Source: Camelus ferus | Lineage: Eukaryota | Reading direction: 5' to 3' | DNA length: 64,000 bases | Assembly: GCF_009834535.1 (NCBI RefSeq) | Contig: NC_045696.1 | Location: 120,778,001 to 120,842,000, forward strand | In this document: piece after piece, positions 27,616 to 41,726 of the stretch | How positions within the stretch are numbered: the stretch's first letter is position 1 | Layout of the letters: each line of letters begins with the position of its first letter | The notes under the pieces: generated by a model | Told to the model about the DNA's origin: nothing | Database searches by the model: none | What the model saw: only the letters and a program-made list of their open reading frames with translations | Program-made: the position numbers and the translations under genes

Positions 27616-29134
27616 ATGGCGTTGATCAGTTCATAATAGTTTTATTATGTAGATGGGGAGAAAATCCATGAACTCAGTTTTTAATAATTATTTTCCATGA
27701 GATTTTTAAGGCATTTATGCTTATAAGAAAATGAACCATTCTAAAAAGATGAGATGCATTCCTTTCCCCGCCAAAACAATTAAAAATAGGACTTAAATTT
27801 AGGATACCTTTTAGATAGTATGAACTGTCAGTCAAGAGGCCCAGTTCAGAACTCCAGCCTGCTTTATACTAGCAGTGAGACTGCACAGTCATTTAACTGC
27901 TGCTTTATTTTCCCAGCTTGTTTCCTTCATAGGATCTAACCCAGTGCCTGGTGCACAGTTAAGGTCGTTAGTAGATGCTGGTGGGGTGAGTGAGCCCACA
28001 TACCTGTGAAAGGAGAGAAATCATGAACTAGGTTCTAGTTTCCCTAGTGATCCTTGAACAAGTGATTCTGGAGTAAAACGGATCAGGGACGTTGGGGAAA
28101 CACTGCTGATTCTCAGACTTGCGTGTGCGTCACAATTACCTGGAGGGCTTGCAAGTGCGGTTTGTTAGGTTCACCTTCCCCACCTCCGTATTTGAGGCAG
28201 GCCAGTGAGTTCCTAACGAGCTGTGAGGTGGTAGAGGGCTGGTGGACATCCCGTGCTGAGCAGAGTCACACTGGTGCATTGAAGGTTTTGAGAGGCACTG
28301 AGTAGGGCAGGCTGCTTACCTCTTGACATGGTGTTTCTTGAGCTCGCCGGGCCACAGTGCTCCTCCCCCGTGTGTGTGTGTCTGTCAGTGGTATCTGTCA
28401 CAGCATACACAACACCTGTCAACATCCTTGGACCTGCTCTCTGGGCCATACTTGGAAACAGCCAGGTCACATCTGCAGTGTTTTCCACATATAAAATGAC
28501 AATTGTTTCTTTCATGCTTGGGTAGGTGAATTCTTCATCACATTAGGAGTGAATCCCTCAGTATTGAACCCCGTTGCAGAGTTGATCTGCATAGAAACAT
28601 TTGTATTCATTTTTGATTCTTGCTAACACACATTTGGAATAAGTGTAGGGATGTATAGCAAGAAAAGTTTTATGAACATTGAGCCCAAAATGTTGAAGTA
28701 ATTTATTTCTCAGTATCTTTTATACCTTTTATTCATATTTCTCTTTCTGTTATGGTTGGTTTAAACCTGCCAAACACATTTTCAAGACAAGAGGTATGGC
28801 AAAATTAGTAAATGATACTTCATCATGAGAGTTGAATTTTCTCTAGATTAAGTCTCAGCTAGTGTCTCCTTTTCCCTGGTTGATTTTTAAATTTAGGCTA
28901 ATCTTGTCTCATGGGTCTCCTTTGTGTGTCAGATTTTGTTGACTTAGCTTCATTTTTAAAGGTGTCTGCACTTATTCCGGTCCACTGTCTTAAAGCAAAG
29001 GTGTGATAAGAGATGTACGTAGTTAATAGAAGGGAGGATATTTGTGGGAGAAGTGATGGTTACAGACTCTAGACGTTGAGTGTAGCACAGAGTCCTTGAG
29101 CTTGACCCTGATGGAGTGCTTTGTGTTCCCCAAG

Positions 29135-29290
29135 GCGGTGGATCTTTCCATCGATGAGTCTAGCCTGACGGGGGAGACGACGCCTTGTTCTAAGGTGACA
29201 GCTCCTCAGCCGGCTGCAGCCAATGGAGATCTTGCTTCAAGAAGTAACATTGCCTTCATGGGGACACTGGTCAGATGTGGAAAAGCAAAG
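29135..29290 (+). CDS. ATP2C1: ATP2C1 exon (156 nt) [20 protein letters not shown]...[12 protein letters not shown]
   Basis: ccccaag| acceptor and AAG|gtaatt donor; actuator TGE motif; lies within track ORF 29096..29401. Confidence 0.97.
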
Positions 29291-30047
29291 GTAATTTTCT
29301 TTTCTTGTTTTGAAAATATAGCAGTTCCTCTGTTTTCAGCCATTTCTCAGTTCTTTTCTTTTTTTTTTTTTTTTTTTGCTAATTTTATGTGCATCTTTTA
29401 AAAATATATGACAAAGAAATAACAGAGTTGAACCTAATGCTTGGGAGCTATTTGTGAGCCTAAGGAGGAGCTGTGTCTCTGAGGTGTGACACATCCATAG
29501 TTCTGCCGTTTTCCAGGTGATGGTCCCTGTAAAGGCATACTCCTCAGTGCTTGTTCTTTTTTTAAGACAGAAACAGTGACTTGTGTATACATTCATTACT
29601 GGCTAAATAAAATTTTGATTTAATTTATATGGTGCTGGCTATAATATTCTGACTACATACCATTCACCTACTGATAGATTTCAAATATTTTATTTCCTGG
29701 GTCCTAATATTCCACAAATATAAAAGGCATCATTCACAGGGGAAAGGAAAACTGCATTAAATTGAGTATAAGACAGATTCAAATTTCAGAAATATTAATA
29801 CAGGTTAAAAATGGGCCTCAGATGTGAGTAGTTTAATGAGATGTTTGTTTTCAAGGTTTGTGTCATAGATGCCAATGATCTATAGTAACATCAGAGGTAA
29901 GTTTGCTGAGGGAACCTTGGACACGCATGTCAGTCCTCCTGACTGTGGACTCGGCTGTGGAGAAGGGGAATTAAGGGGCTTTGTTTTTTTGATTGAAAGA
30001 AGTGATTCCATCTGAATGTAAATGTGTTTTCCTGCTTTTCCCTTTAG

Positions 30048-30116
30048 GGAATTGTCATTGGAACAGGAGAAAATTCTGAATTTGGGGAGGTTTTTAAAAT
30101 GATGCAAGCAGAAGAG
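30048..30116 (+). CDS. ATP2C1: ATP2C1 exon (69 nt) GIVIGTGENSEFGEVFKMMQAEE
   Basis: ctttag| acceptor and GAG|gtgagt donor. Confidence 0.96.
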
Positions 30117-31131
30117 GTGAGTACTTAGTTTGTTAATAATGTATTAATTTCAGATCTGAAACGCATGCTCCATTGTAAGCAGAGGAAAAGAGAATGTTGG
30201 TGGATTATTTTATGTACTATTGAAAGAAATATTTTATTCAGAATATCACTCAGTTGTCTGTCCCTAAAAACATAATTGGAGAGCCTGTAATTGGAAGGGC
30301 TTGAATTGACGTCAGTATTCTAAAACATTTTGATATTGTTTATAAGAGGAAAAGGTTTATAGCCAATTATTTATAGGGCTTATTCTTTTTAGAAATTAGC
30401 TTTATCATACTGATTTGAAAGATTACCAAATAGTATATTTGTACTTTAGAACGTATCTTCTACCAAAAGTCCCAAATTTACATAATTCCAAGCATCTGGA
30501 GAAAAAGATTGCAAAGTGAGGTAACTTAGAAGACGTCCTTGTTTAAGGATATTGAAGATTAGTTCTCCCATTTAAAATGCTTCCTTATATATAAACAGAA
30601 GTTGCTCTCTCCCGATGTCATACACTTTGCCATACCTCAAGTCCTGACATCAGGACAAATCAAGTCATCTGGATTTCTCTGCAGCTTGCCGAGGCCCCAG
30701 TGTGTGATGCAGTGTGTAAACCAGTCCCGGCCTGGCCAGAGACGGGGGTTAGCAGTCAGGGAGCCCACACCATAGCAGACCTGGGCCACGAGCGTGTCTG
30801 TGGCTACAGGAGGGGAGCTGGGCTAAGTGGGGGCAGCTGATGGGCGTGAAGTCTTGGAACAGCTCCTGGAGGAGTCCTGGAGTCCTGGAGAAGGGATCTC
30901 TCCTCAGACAGAGCTGTAGAGAACATGGTCCTCTTCAAGTGAATGGGCTCTTAAAAGTCTAGCCTCCCAGGCTCCTCAGTGAAGGAGCTACTATTGACCT
31001 CAAGGGATGTGTGTGTCCTGGGTGTGTTAGCACCAGCACGTGTATGTCAGGCACTTAGCACAGTCCCTGGCACCTAGTAGAGCTCACTAAGTTTAGGCAA
31101 TTCTGGTGACACTCTTCTCCAATTTGTCAAG

Positions 31132-31207
31132 GCACCAAAAACCCCTCTGCAGAAGAGCATGGACCTCTTAGGAAAGCAGCTTTCCTTTTACTCCTTTGGT
31201 ATAATAG
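31132..31207 (+). CDS. ATP2C1: ATP2C1 exon (76 nt) [25 protein letters not shown](G)
   Basis: gtcaag| acceptor and ATAG|gtaaga donor; KTPLQ motif. Confidence 0.96.
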
Positions 31208-31339
31208 GTAAGAGCAGAGTGGTATGTACCTCTCATGTGCTTACTCAGCTTTCCTTTCTTGAGTGGGAATGGGGGTTAGATGCATGCATTCATTCATTCA
31301 TTCATTCAGTTACCACTGCTTTTGTTAAATTATAAAACT

Positions 31340-32500
31340 GACCCCCAGCCGTTGTCCTTTTCTACGTCGATAAAGTAGAACTCGGTGTGGTTCCTGTAAT
31401 CAAAGAGCGTTCCTGTGAGATTAGTGTTTGTCTTTCTAGTCTGCAGCAGAGCGTGGTAGTGGCGTCTCATGACTACTTTTCTTTTTTTCACATGTCCTAT
31501 CACAGACATCATGTCATGCTCACCTGAAACAAAGGTTCTGTAGCATTTCGTTGTGTGGATATGTGTGCGTGCATACATAAATAAAAACTCTATCTTCTAG
31601 ACATTTATGTGGGATTTTTAAGTTTATAAAAATTATGTAAGTGACTCTTCAGTGCAGGTATCTTATTATAAACACCTCTTGTTTCCTTAGGATGAATTCC
31701 TGAAAGTGAAATTACTGGGTCAAAGAGTATCTATGTGATACTCTAAATACTCTAAAAATTTTGGCATGTTTTTAAAGGCTTTTGTTTCCTATTGCCAAAT
31801 AATACCCTTCATCAACGAGGTAAAATTGTCCCTCTTCCAGTGCCCTTGCCAGCTTTTTTTGTCATTATCTTAACAGGTGAATAAAAGACTTGTCATTCTT
31901 TTACTTTAAAAGTCATTGTTAGAGGCACTGACACTTCGTCATATGTGTGTTAGTCCTTCTTACTTTGTTTTGCAACCTACCAGTCTGTTCCTTTTGTCCC
32001 TTCTTCTTTTGTGGCTTCAGTCTTAGGTTGGTCACAGCTCTTTGTATAACCAGGGTATCAGTCCTTTTGTTGTGGTTTTCTCCTGGTTTTTAAATTACTT
32101 TTGAGAGCTACGTAATAAACTTGGTAGGGAGGAGGGTGATGTGTGTAATAAAACATTCTCTTCCCTCGGGATTCTGATCACATCCTCCTATTGATAAAAT
32201 CTACAGTTAGGTTTCTGTCTTTGTTCTATTCGTAAAGGCTCTCCCAACCCCAATTTGGGAAGATGTTTTTATTTAAACATTACTGCTTTAGTTTTTTATT
32301 TTTGACACTTAATTTTACTATTTTATTTAGAATTTATTTTAGTACAAGGCTTAAGATAGAGTTAATTAGCTTTTTACTCAAAAGTTAATTATCCCAGTAT
32401 CACCAGTTCTATGGTCTATTCTTTATTTACTGAGTTGAAATGACATCTTTATCATAAATTAAACACTTCCAGCAATTTGGGGATCTTTCCTCTTTTTCTT
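31340..32500 (-). mobile_element. Very old L1 (L1ME-like) remnant, antisense
   Basis: ttccttaggatgaattcctgaaagtgaaattactgggtcaaagagta, attgccaaat and ttatcccagtatcacc. Confidence 0.55.
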
Positions 32501-32916
32501 TAATTCTTTGTGATATTATTTTAATTTTCCTTACCAGCTTTTAAAATTATAATGCAATTTTAAATCAATATTTCTGTTGTAAGTTCAGTGAAATAATTCC
32601 TAAAGTATTAATCCTGTCGATCCATTTCTTGTTATTATAAAGTAGATAGAGACTGTGAAGGAATTTTGTCCCCTTTAAGTGGTGTGCATTCTCATGCTCT
32701 CTTCATTTGATTATTGCTATTTGTGTTTTAGAATGTATAGTGAATTTGATAAATTGAAGGGCGTTTAGCCAATTAAATCTTTCCAGTTTGTATTAACACT
32801 GTACCATGAAACCATCTCAAATTTACTGATAAAAAATTTTCAACTTTATGATTAGCTGGTTTTAATACAATGCATTGGGCATAATTTTTCTTGTTAAGAT
32901 AGTATATGAAATAAAT

Positions 32917-33108
32917 CAAGGATCAGCAGACTTTTTGGTAAAGCACCAGAGAGTAAATATGTTAGCCTTTGTCCGCACAGTCCCTATTGGAAATACTCAA
33001 TCTGCCAGCAGCCATAGACAGTGTATGGACACATGGGTGTGGCAGGGCTCCGGCAGACTGTTCACAGAAATGCGTTGGAGGCCCAGGGGACTCGTTTGCT
33101 TGGCCCTG
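32917..33108. mobile_element. MER58A-like hAT MITE
   Basis: caaggatcagcagactttttggtaaagcaccagagagtaaatatgttagccttt...gcagccatagaca...gtttgcttggccctg. Confidence 0.8.
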
Positions 33109-33960
33109 GTGTAACTCATGGGACATAATTTCTTTCCTCAGAATAGTGTTTGGGATGGGGACTAAGAGGGTCACACTGGGTCATTATTTTGTAGTTGTAG
33201 AAAGATGAGCAGAAAACTTGATCTGAATATCCATATTGATCTGGAATACAGTCTTGAAGGTGCTTTGTTTTCTGAAACACTGATGCTTCTGAGTTTTTCC
33301 TCAGGAAACCCGTGGTGCATCTCTTGGCCTCTTCTTTTCAAAGATAAAGATTAAAGCCAAGAGTATAGAGTCAGTTGTCTGGTTATGTTAACTGGTTTTT
33401 AGCACTTAGATGCCATGTAAGTAGTGATTTTTTTAAAGTTAATTGCAGTTTTAGTTGTCTAGGACAGCAATGCCATCCTGTGAGCCAAGTCTTAAGTACT
33501 CCTTCGTTCGCCGAACAGATGTCACATGGAAATGCCTGGACATTGAGTTAGGAGAAGTTAAGTTCCAGAGTGTATTTTTGCAAACCTGATAGTTAATAGA
33601 AGACCTATATGTCTGGGCCACCTCCTTTTTTTTTTTTTTTACCCATTGTATAAGAGTACTGGTAATCATTTCTTATACTGGGAACTCAGATTTTATTACT
33701 TTAAGGGATGGGTGGCAGCAGTGGCAACAAGAGGTAAAACTACATGTGTGTGCATGGATGCAAACACAGCTTTAACCTTAAGCAATATTAGCTTTAATCT
33801 CCTCTGCTTAATGGGCTTTTGTAAAATCTTATAATCGTGACCTGATACACTTTTCCCTTTTTATCAGGGGCTCTTGCTCCCCTCAGCTTGTTGTGTGCTC
33901 CCTTTCGTGCCTGGATGATTTTATATAAAAGGGAGAAACAACTGTGTGGTTCTGTTACAG

Positions 33961-34027
33961 GTATCATCATGTTGGTTGGCTGGTTACTAGGAAAAGATAT
34001 CCTGGAAATGTTTACTATCAGTGTAAG
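33961..34027 (+). CDS. ATP2C1: ATP2C1 exon (67 nt) (G)[21 protein letters not shown](S)
   Basis: ttacag| acceptor and AAG|gtaagt donor. Confidence 0.96.
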
Positions 34028-34259
34028 GTAAGTTCTTGTGGTTTGTTCATAAATTGAAGTCTCTTTTGCCTCTCTTATTTCTTTGATAGGTGTAGCTTAT
34101 GTTCCTTTATGGGGGAGTATATTCTCTCCTTAAGTAGTTCAGAATTTGTGTATTGAAATGAACGCTAGGAAAATGAAAACCTTCACATATACACTGGAGG
34201 AAACTCCCCCCCCCACTGCATGTCTGGTGTAATCAACCCAGTATCACCCTTATATATGT

Positions 34260-35800
34260 ATAAATAGACAATTTAAGATTGCCAGACTGAAAACTATGAG
34301 CATGAAAGAGAAAGACCACAATACAGAAATTGATCAGTCCATCTCAGAGGAAAACCAAAAATTCAAGAATAGAAGAAGGACTGAAAATAAAACAAAATGT
34401 TTATTTTTCAGAGATTTGTGAAGAAACTGCATTCATGATAGACAGATTGCTGTAGAAAAGGATCACATAATGAAATTTTTTTTTTTAGAAATTAAGACTA
34501 TGATTGCTGAAATTAAAAATTCAATTTAAGGGCTGTAATATAAAGCGAAGTGGTGTCCCAAAAAATAGAGTAAAAAGTAAGAGAATGAGATAAAAGTGAC
34601 AGAATAATTCAAATAAATGCTGTATCTAAGTAATAGGAGTTTTAAAAAGAGCTAAGAAGAAATTATATAAGAAATGATACATGAATTCTTTGCCAGTCTG
34701 AAGTGAGATGTGAATCTTTGCAGTTTGAAAGGATTCTCCAAATGTTAAGCAAGATGAGAAAACTCCAGCTTAGATTCATCATTGTGAAACTAAAAACAAG
34801 AAGCCTGGTCATCTACAAAGGAAGGATAATTAGACTGGTATCATACTTCTCATTAGCAACTGTAGTTCCCACCACAGGGTTTTTTAGGCTCTGCTAAAGA
34901 TTTCTACTCACACGACTGACACAGGTCAGAGCTGGTACCTGTGTGCTGAACACCACAGGGCAACTTCAGGCATCCTTCAGGCATCCCTCTTCTGGGAGAG
35001 TTCTCGCAGCAGTCCAGCTTACAAACAAGTAGGTGAGATGACTTTGTAAGGACAGGAGCTGTCTTGGGTCAGAATGCCTCATAGTCCACAGGAGCCAACC
35101 TCTCTGGAAATGTATACTTTCCAGGGTGCCTGCAAGAAACTTGTCCAGTTACAAGTCACCACACTCCGGAAACCCAGAGCTGTGCTTCCTGTTTGATAAT
35201 TATAATTCTTCCAGTCCATAGGCAATTTATTAGCCAGAAGATCCTTTATTATAAACAGTGTTGCCTAGCAACATGGTTGCCATACTGTGGTCACTAAGGG
35301 ACCAGAGCTAGAAATTTAACCAAATACAGAAGGGGAAAAAGATCTTATTAAACCTTCATCCATAACAGTATTGGATTAAATCAGAGGACATTGGGGCAGT
35401 ACAATTAAAGTATGAGGGGAAATGATTTTAAATCTATAAATGTAGGCCTGGCCAAAGTATCAATTCAGGTGATTACAGCTGGATAGGCAAGTAATCGGAA
35501 AATTTATCCCTTACCTATCGTTGTATGAATTCTGACAAAATCAAGGATGAAAGAGAAGAAGATGATGATATATAGGGTGTAAGAAAAGTTGGAACTGACC
35601 TAGTCCCCTAAGGGAAAGAGTCCTGGATGACAGCTCCGTAACAGGCCTTGGAAATACTAGTTCAAGTTTTAGAATAAAAATCAGTTGATTAAAAAAAGTC
35701 AAATGGATTATATAAGGAGTAGATAGAATGAATAAGAAGATAAAAGATACTTGTGATGTAGTGAAGGAGTGTATTTTTTCCTTTTGAGAGACAGAAATAT
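34260..35800 (+). mobile_element. Old L1 5'/ORF1-like remnant, sense, interrupted by an LTR
   Basis: A-rich degenerate ORF1-like sequence (ttcatcattgtgaaac, ttagactggtatcatacttctca). Confidence 0.5.
34861..35367. mobile_element. Solo LTR-like element, family unassigned
   Basis: TGTAG...TAACA termini, ~507 bp, composition shifts relative to the flanking L1. Confidence 0.55.
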
Positions 35801-36165
35801 AACTTGAAACTCCTGGCTTAACGTGTAAAGAAACCTTGGCTTAAGTACGAAGTGAACTTAAAATGGGAAATGAATCTGAGATATTAGCCATTGACATATT
35901 ATCTATTGGATTCATTTTTGGGTTTGAGTATTTTTTTGGAGTGGTTCTGATTATTTGTGAAGATTTATGTATCATGACTTTTATACCTAACTCAAGGTCT
36001 TCCAAAGGACCAAACATTTAAGAGTTTTTTTAATAGGATAAAACTCACTCTATTTTGCAGTCACCGTTTGGTAAGTCTATTGTACTCTCATAAATGCTGC
36101 AATACTTGTGGGATCTTTAGTGACCTTATATCTCCTGTGTCTTGAAACATCTTGCTGTTTTATTA

Positions 36166-37453
36166 CCCTAGCAGTTGTTTATTTCCAACTGTGTTAAAAA
36201 TGAATAAAACAATAATAAAGCAGAAGAATGGTTGCTTATAAGGCTAATATAATAATAAATCATTACTGTTCTGTCATCCTTAATTTTCTTACTATGTTGC
36301 CAAAAGTATTACATTATTATTTAAGAGGGTATAAAAGTCTGGAGACACAATCTTTATAGTCTTTTTTTTTTTTTTGGCATTCATTGAACAAAATTGAGAA
36401 ATTCAGAATTTTTCATTTTTTACCACAATGACAAAGAAGTATAGAAAAATTTTTACAGTTATTGGACAAATCAGAAGATGAATACAGAGACAGCCACTGT
36501 AGGCTTGTAATGATGAAGGTGGAATGGAATCATAAAAGTGGAATCTCACTACTGTGAATCTTGGATGATGATACTCTAGATTTCCTCAGACTCCTGAATT
36601 AATGAGAAAATAGTTTATTTTTAAGGACAAAAAGAGAAGGACAGGCATCTTCTTACTGTCATTGTACAGCAAGAAATTCTTCATGCAGCTTCCCACCAAG
36701 AACTTGGACCACCCCTTATTGCTAACAAGATGTACGACAGTATTCTTTCATCTTCTGTGCTATCTGTTTACTAACATTTACTTCATACCGTCTGTAAGTG
36801 GAGGAGAAATGCTGAAGGCCAGTATGAATATAAAGATGATTAAAAGGAAATGGATGATACAGAGATGAAAAACCACAGTGGATTCACCATTGTAACTGAT
36901 GTTTGTAAATCTTAAGTGTTCTGTGCCTAGCATGCACAAGGTCCTGGGTTCAATCCCTGGCACCTCCATTAAAATAAATAAATAAACCTAATTATCCCCG
37001 CCTACCAAAAAATAAAAATTTTGCAATTAAATTACAAAAAAGATGACTGTCCTCTTTTCAACAAAGTTAAGAACCATCAACATTTTGAGAACTGTTGCAT
37101 TTTGAAGAGACAAATGCAAAAAGAGAAACCAGACTTGATAAGCCTACAAGCTGTTAGAAATGTTCTTTGAATTTGAAATCACTGTTTTGTAAGGTGACTA
37201 TGTCCCAGGTTTGCTCATGTCAGTTGATGAGCAGTTTAGTTGCATTGAGAGGACGTCGCCCATTTCAGAGACACATCTTCAAATCCTGGAGTATAGTTTA
37301 AGGTTAAAATTCAAATGAAAATTTCTAATGAAGTTTTTCATCATCCATTTTATTCCTTTGTAAATTATTTATAGAATGATTTAAATATAAAAGAATGAAA
37401 AGGCCCATGGCTCTAGATGATAAGCGATGATGGCCTTTTTTTGCTATACAGGG
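36166..37453 (+). mobile_element. piggyBac DNA transposon fossil (Looper-like) with degenerate transposase
   Basis: Translates to QELGPPLIANKMYDSILSS (from 36697) and YVPGLLMSVDEQ/LVALRGRRPFQRHI (37199-37278), matching the piggyBac VDEQL..FRGRCPF motif; candidate CCCT (36166) and AGGG (37450) termini. Confidence 0.85.
36918..37018 (+). mobile_element. 5'-truncated tRNA-derived SINE, camelid Vic-1-like
   Basis: tgcctagcatgcacaaggtcctgggttcaatccctggcacctccattaaaataaataaataaacctaatta...; pol III B box GGTTCAATCC at 36947; A-rich tail. Confidence 0.85.
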
Positions 37454-37864
37454 AAGGCAGTGGAAGCGTAAGGAAAGAGGGTTCTGTGTGGACTTAGAAT
37501 AGTTCAAAGAGGGAACGTGGTATTAATGGTAGCACTTATTTCTTGACTCTTGAGTGTATACTGTTCAGCCAGTAGTACTGTAACTGTTACTCACTGGCTT
37601 TCAACTTTTAGAATCAACCTGTGAAAAGTCGATAATGGTTATAGAGCAGGATGTAATGATAATCAAGTTGGATCCTGCTAAAGAAAGAGTAGGTAATAGA
37701 AAAAGGGAAGTCGAGGCAGTGCAGGGCCCAGTGTCAGAATGAGGGAGGGGCACGTGGCCTTGTCTGCAGGAGAAGTAGGAGATAGTACTCGGGAAGGGAC
37801 AAGAGTGGAGATTTTAATTTGAGAGATTCTTAATATTACAAAGGGAAATAGTGAAGTAATAAAT

Positions 37865-38370
37865 TTTTTTTGTCATACAATATACACATACCATACAGTT
37901 TTCCATTTTAAAGTATACAATTCAGTGGCATTGAGTACATTCATAATGTTAGACCCACCACCACTCTCTAGTGTGGGAGCTTTTTCTTCACCCCCAGAAG
38001 AAATCTCAGTCCCCGTTTTGCAGTCATTCCCCATTCTTCTCCCTACCTACTGGCAACCACTAAACTGCTTTCTATCTCTTTGTATTTGCTTATTCTTGAT
38101 ATTTCATGTAAATAGAATCATACAATATGTGTCCTTTTGTGCCTGCTTTTTTCACTTAATACAGTGTTGCGAAGGTCTGTCCATGTTGTAGCACGAATCA
38201 GGACTTTTCCCTTTTTTATGCCTGAATAGTAGTCCACTGTATGCCTATATATCAATTTCCTATTCACCAGTTGGTGAACACTTGGGCTCTTTCTTTCTTT
38301 TGGCTGTTGTGAGTAAGGCAGCTGTGAACATTCATGGACAAGTATTTGAACACCCGTTACTATTCTCTGT
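37865..38370 (-). mobile_element. L1MB-like 3' end, antisense
   Basis: cacataccatacagttttccattttaaagtatacaattcagtggcattgagtacattca...ctgtgaacattcatggacaag. Confidence 0.85.
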
Positions 38371-38371
38371 G

Positions 38372-38505
38372 TTTATAGATGAGGAAACTACACTACAGTC
38401 GTGGAGTCACAGTAGCTTGAGGTCACACGGGTAACAACGGATGACACTGGGGCACAAATCTAGGCAGTCTGATGGCAGAGCCTCTATCTTTAACCTCTGC
38501 TTAAC
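38372..38505 (-). mobile_element. MIR SINE
   Basis: ttatagatgaggaaacta...aggtcacacgg...ctaggcagtctgatggcagagcc. Confidence 0.7.
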
Positions 38506-38639
38506 CTGGCAGCTAGTAGGTGTCCAATAAAGGGTAATCAGTTTTACCTCATTTTGAGGCCCTAGTTAGGTATTGACAGTATTAATTTTACATTATTTAG
38601 CCTCTGTTTAAAGTAACAGCGAACATTACTGAAAATTGA

Positions 38640-38894
<255 letters not shown>

Positions 38895-39672
38895 TAGTTT
38901 GTCTTAGAGGCTTGCATGGTAGTGTCTGGCTTGTGGCAGTGTTGAGTTTGGTTTTAACAGCCAAAAACGTCATTAAAATGCATATCACTCAGGTCAGGGA
39001 ACTCTTACATCTTTCTGCATCATGGAATGCTCTAATGCTTTAAATCATGTTTAAAAAAAAAGTAACAAATGAAACTTTAGAGTGAAATAGAATGTTTTCT
39101 TTTGCTATCTCAAGGAAGATAATTGATAATTATGGATCCTAAAATGTCATTCTTGAGTTGAATTTGTTGGTAAGATCAGTAAATATATAATAGTTCTGTT
39201 GCTGTAACATAATCTTATGTGTGATATGAAAATTGTGATAAGTTTATTTATACATGTTACAAAACTTCTTTTTATTTAGGAATCCAAAAATTTTGAATTT
39301 AGTTTCTAGTTTGCATTTTAGTATTGAGAAGGTAAAAATACCTTAAACTACTGACTGAAAAAGTTATATGATAGGTTTATATTTAGGTACCCTTGCAACT
39401 TTCTAGAAAATATATAAAATTACTATGTAAGCCTAACGTCAGGTAGCTTTGTAGAAATTCACCTGTAGATAAATAAAGTCAACATTTATCAGTATCTAAC
39501 TTTTAATTTTAATTTTAGAAACTACCATGTGATGAAGCAAACACAATGAGAGAGAGCAGTTTAAACTTATCCATGAGCTTGATTTGTACAAAATTCAGAG
39601 GAGCAGGACAGGCTTCCAGCGTCTTTGATTTGTGTTCAGTGTGAACTTGTGTTTCCCCTGACTTCTTGGTGA

Positions 39673-40520
<848 letters not shown>

Positions 40521-41630
40521 CATCTCAAGTACGTGTCAGTGTACATGCCCTGGTTAATTTTGAGGTTGGCTGAAGACAAGTTCCAGTCACACCTAGTCTT
40601 GGCAGGATTTCTGGCTGGAATTTTTATTAGCCTGCATATGATGGGTACAGTGTTTTAAAATATATTTGCAGCCAGTTCTCTGAGCAAAGTAAGCATTTGA
40701 CAAAGTGACAGAAGTGGCACTTAGGTCTGTTTAATTCCATTTTACAAGGCCTTAAACTGAGACTGTTGATATTTAGGGTGTTAGATTTGGTTAGGGATAC
40801 CCAGTGCTGTATTGTTGAATGTGCCTTTTCTGGATGACATGGAAGGGTTATTAGGGTCACATGTGCTTCTATTTTATGGTCCAGATATGGAAGGTAAGAT
40901 AGAAGTTTCTCTTTTAAGCCCATAATTTTGTATGTCAAGCATTAACCGTTTGTTAATTCCTCTAAACAATCTTAACTTTTGTTTGGCTTGGTTTGTTCTA
41001 GCCATTTAGAATAAGTGTCTGACTTGTCTGTCTTTGATTTTTAAAATTGGTGCATAATATACGTTACAGAAGTTTGTAAGTGCTAAGGTAAATCACTTAA
41101 TGACTCTGAGCCTGCGTATTTGCAGAGAAGGAGAAATAATTCTGCTTTTGTCTAGGTCATAGGTTTGTCACAAATGTTAGATGTAGTAGATTTGAATTCT
41201 TTACAAATTGTAGCGTCTTACATAAATGTAACGTTAAATAAATTTAAGCTCACTGTGTATAGAGATTTTCGTGGCTTATTTATCCTTTTTGTAGTATATT
41301 GCAATTTGAAATAATACAAGATTGTATTAAGTATATTAACAATTATATTGTTTTGACTTGTAATATGCTATGCATTATTAATTAGCATAATCAATAGTTA
41401 ATTATTAGTATAATAACTAGGTTTATCATTGTGATGAAAATGAGTATCTATATTCCTTTCACTGTTAATTGTTGTTCTTTTAGACAAATTTAAATTCTTT
41501 TCTAGGTATACAGCTAACAGTGTTGTGATGTGTAAAATGAAATGAACGCAGCTCATGATGGTTTTTGGTTTTCATGTAGTACTGTCCCTGTCTGCCGGTT
41601 GTATTGTTGACTCCACTTTGTGTTCCTCAG

Positions 41631-41726
41631 GTTACTGGAGTTGGCTACAATCCATTTGGGGAGGTGCTTGTTGATGGTGATGTTGTCCATGGGTTCTATA
41701 ACCCATCTGTTAGCAGAATTGTTGAG
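41631..41726 (+). CDS. ATP2C1: ATP2C1 exon (96 nt) [32 protein letters not shown]
   Basis: cctcag| acceptor and GAG|gtaagt donor. Confidence 0.96.

Noticed and set aside
36930..36970. tRNA gene candidate (T-loop GGTTCAATCC)
   Set aside because: There is no 5' half or A box and it is followed by SINE body and an A-rich tail, so it is a SINE fragment.
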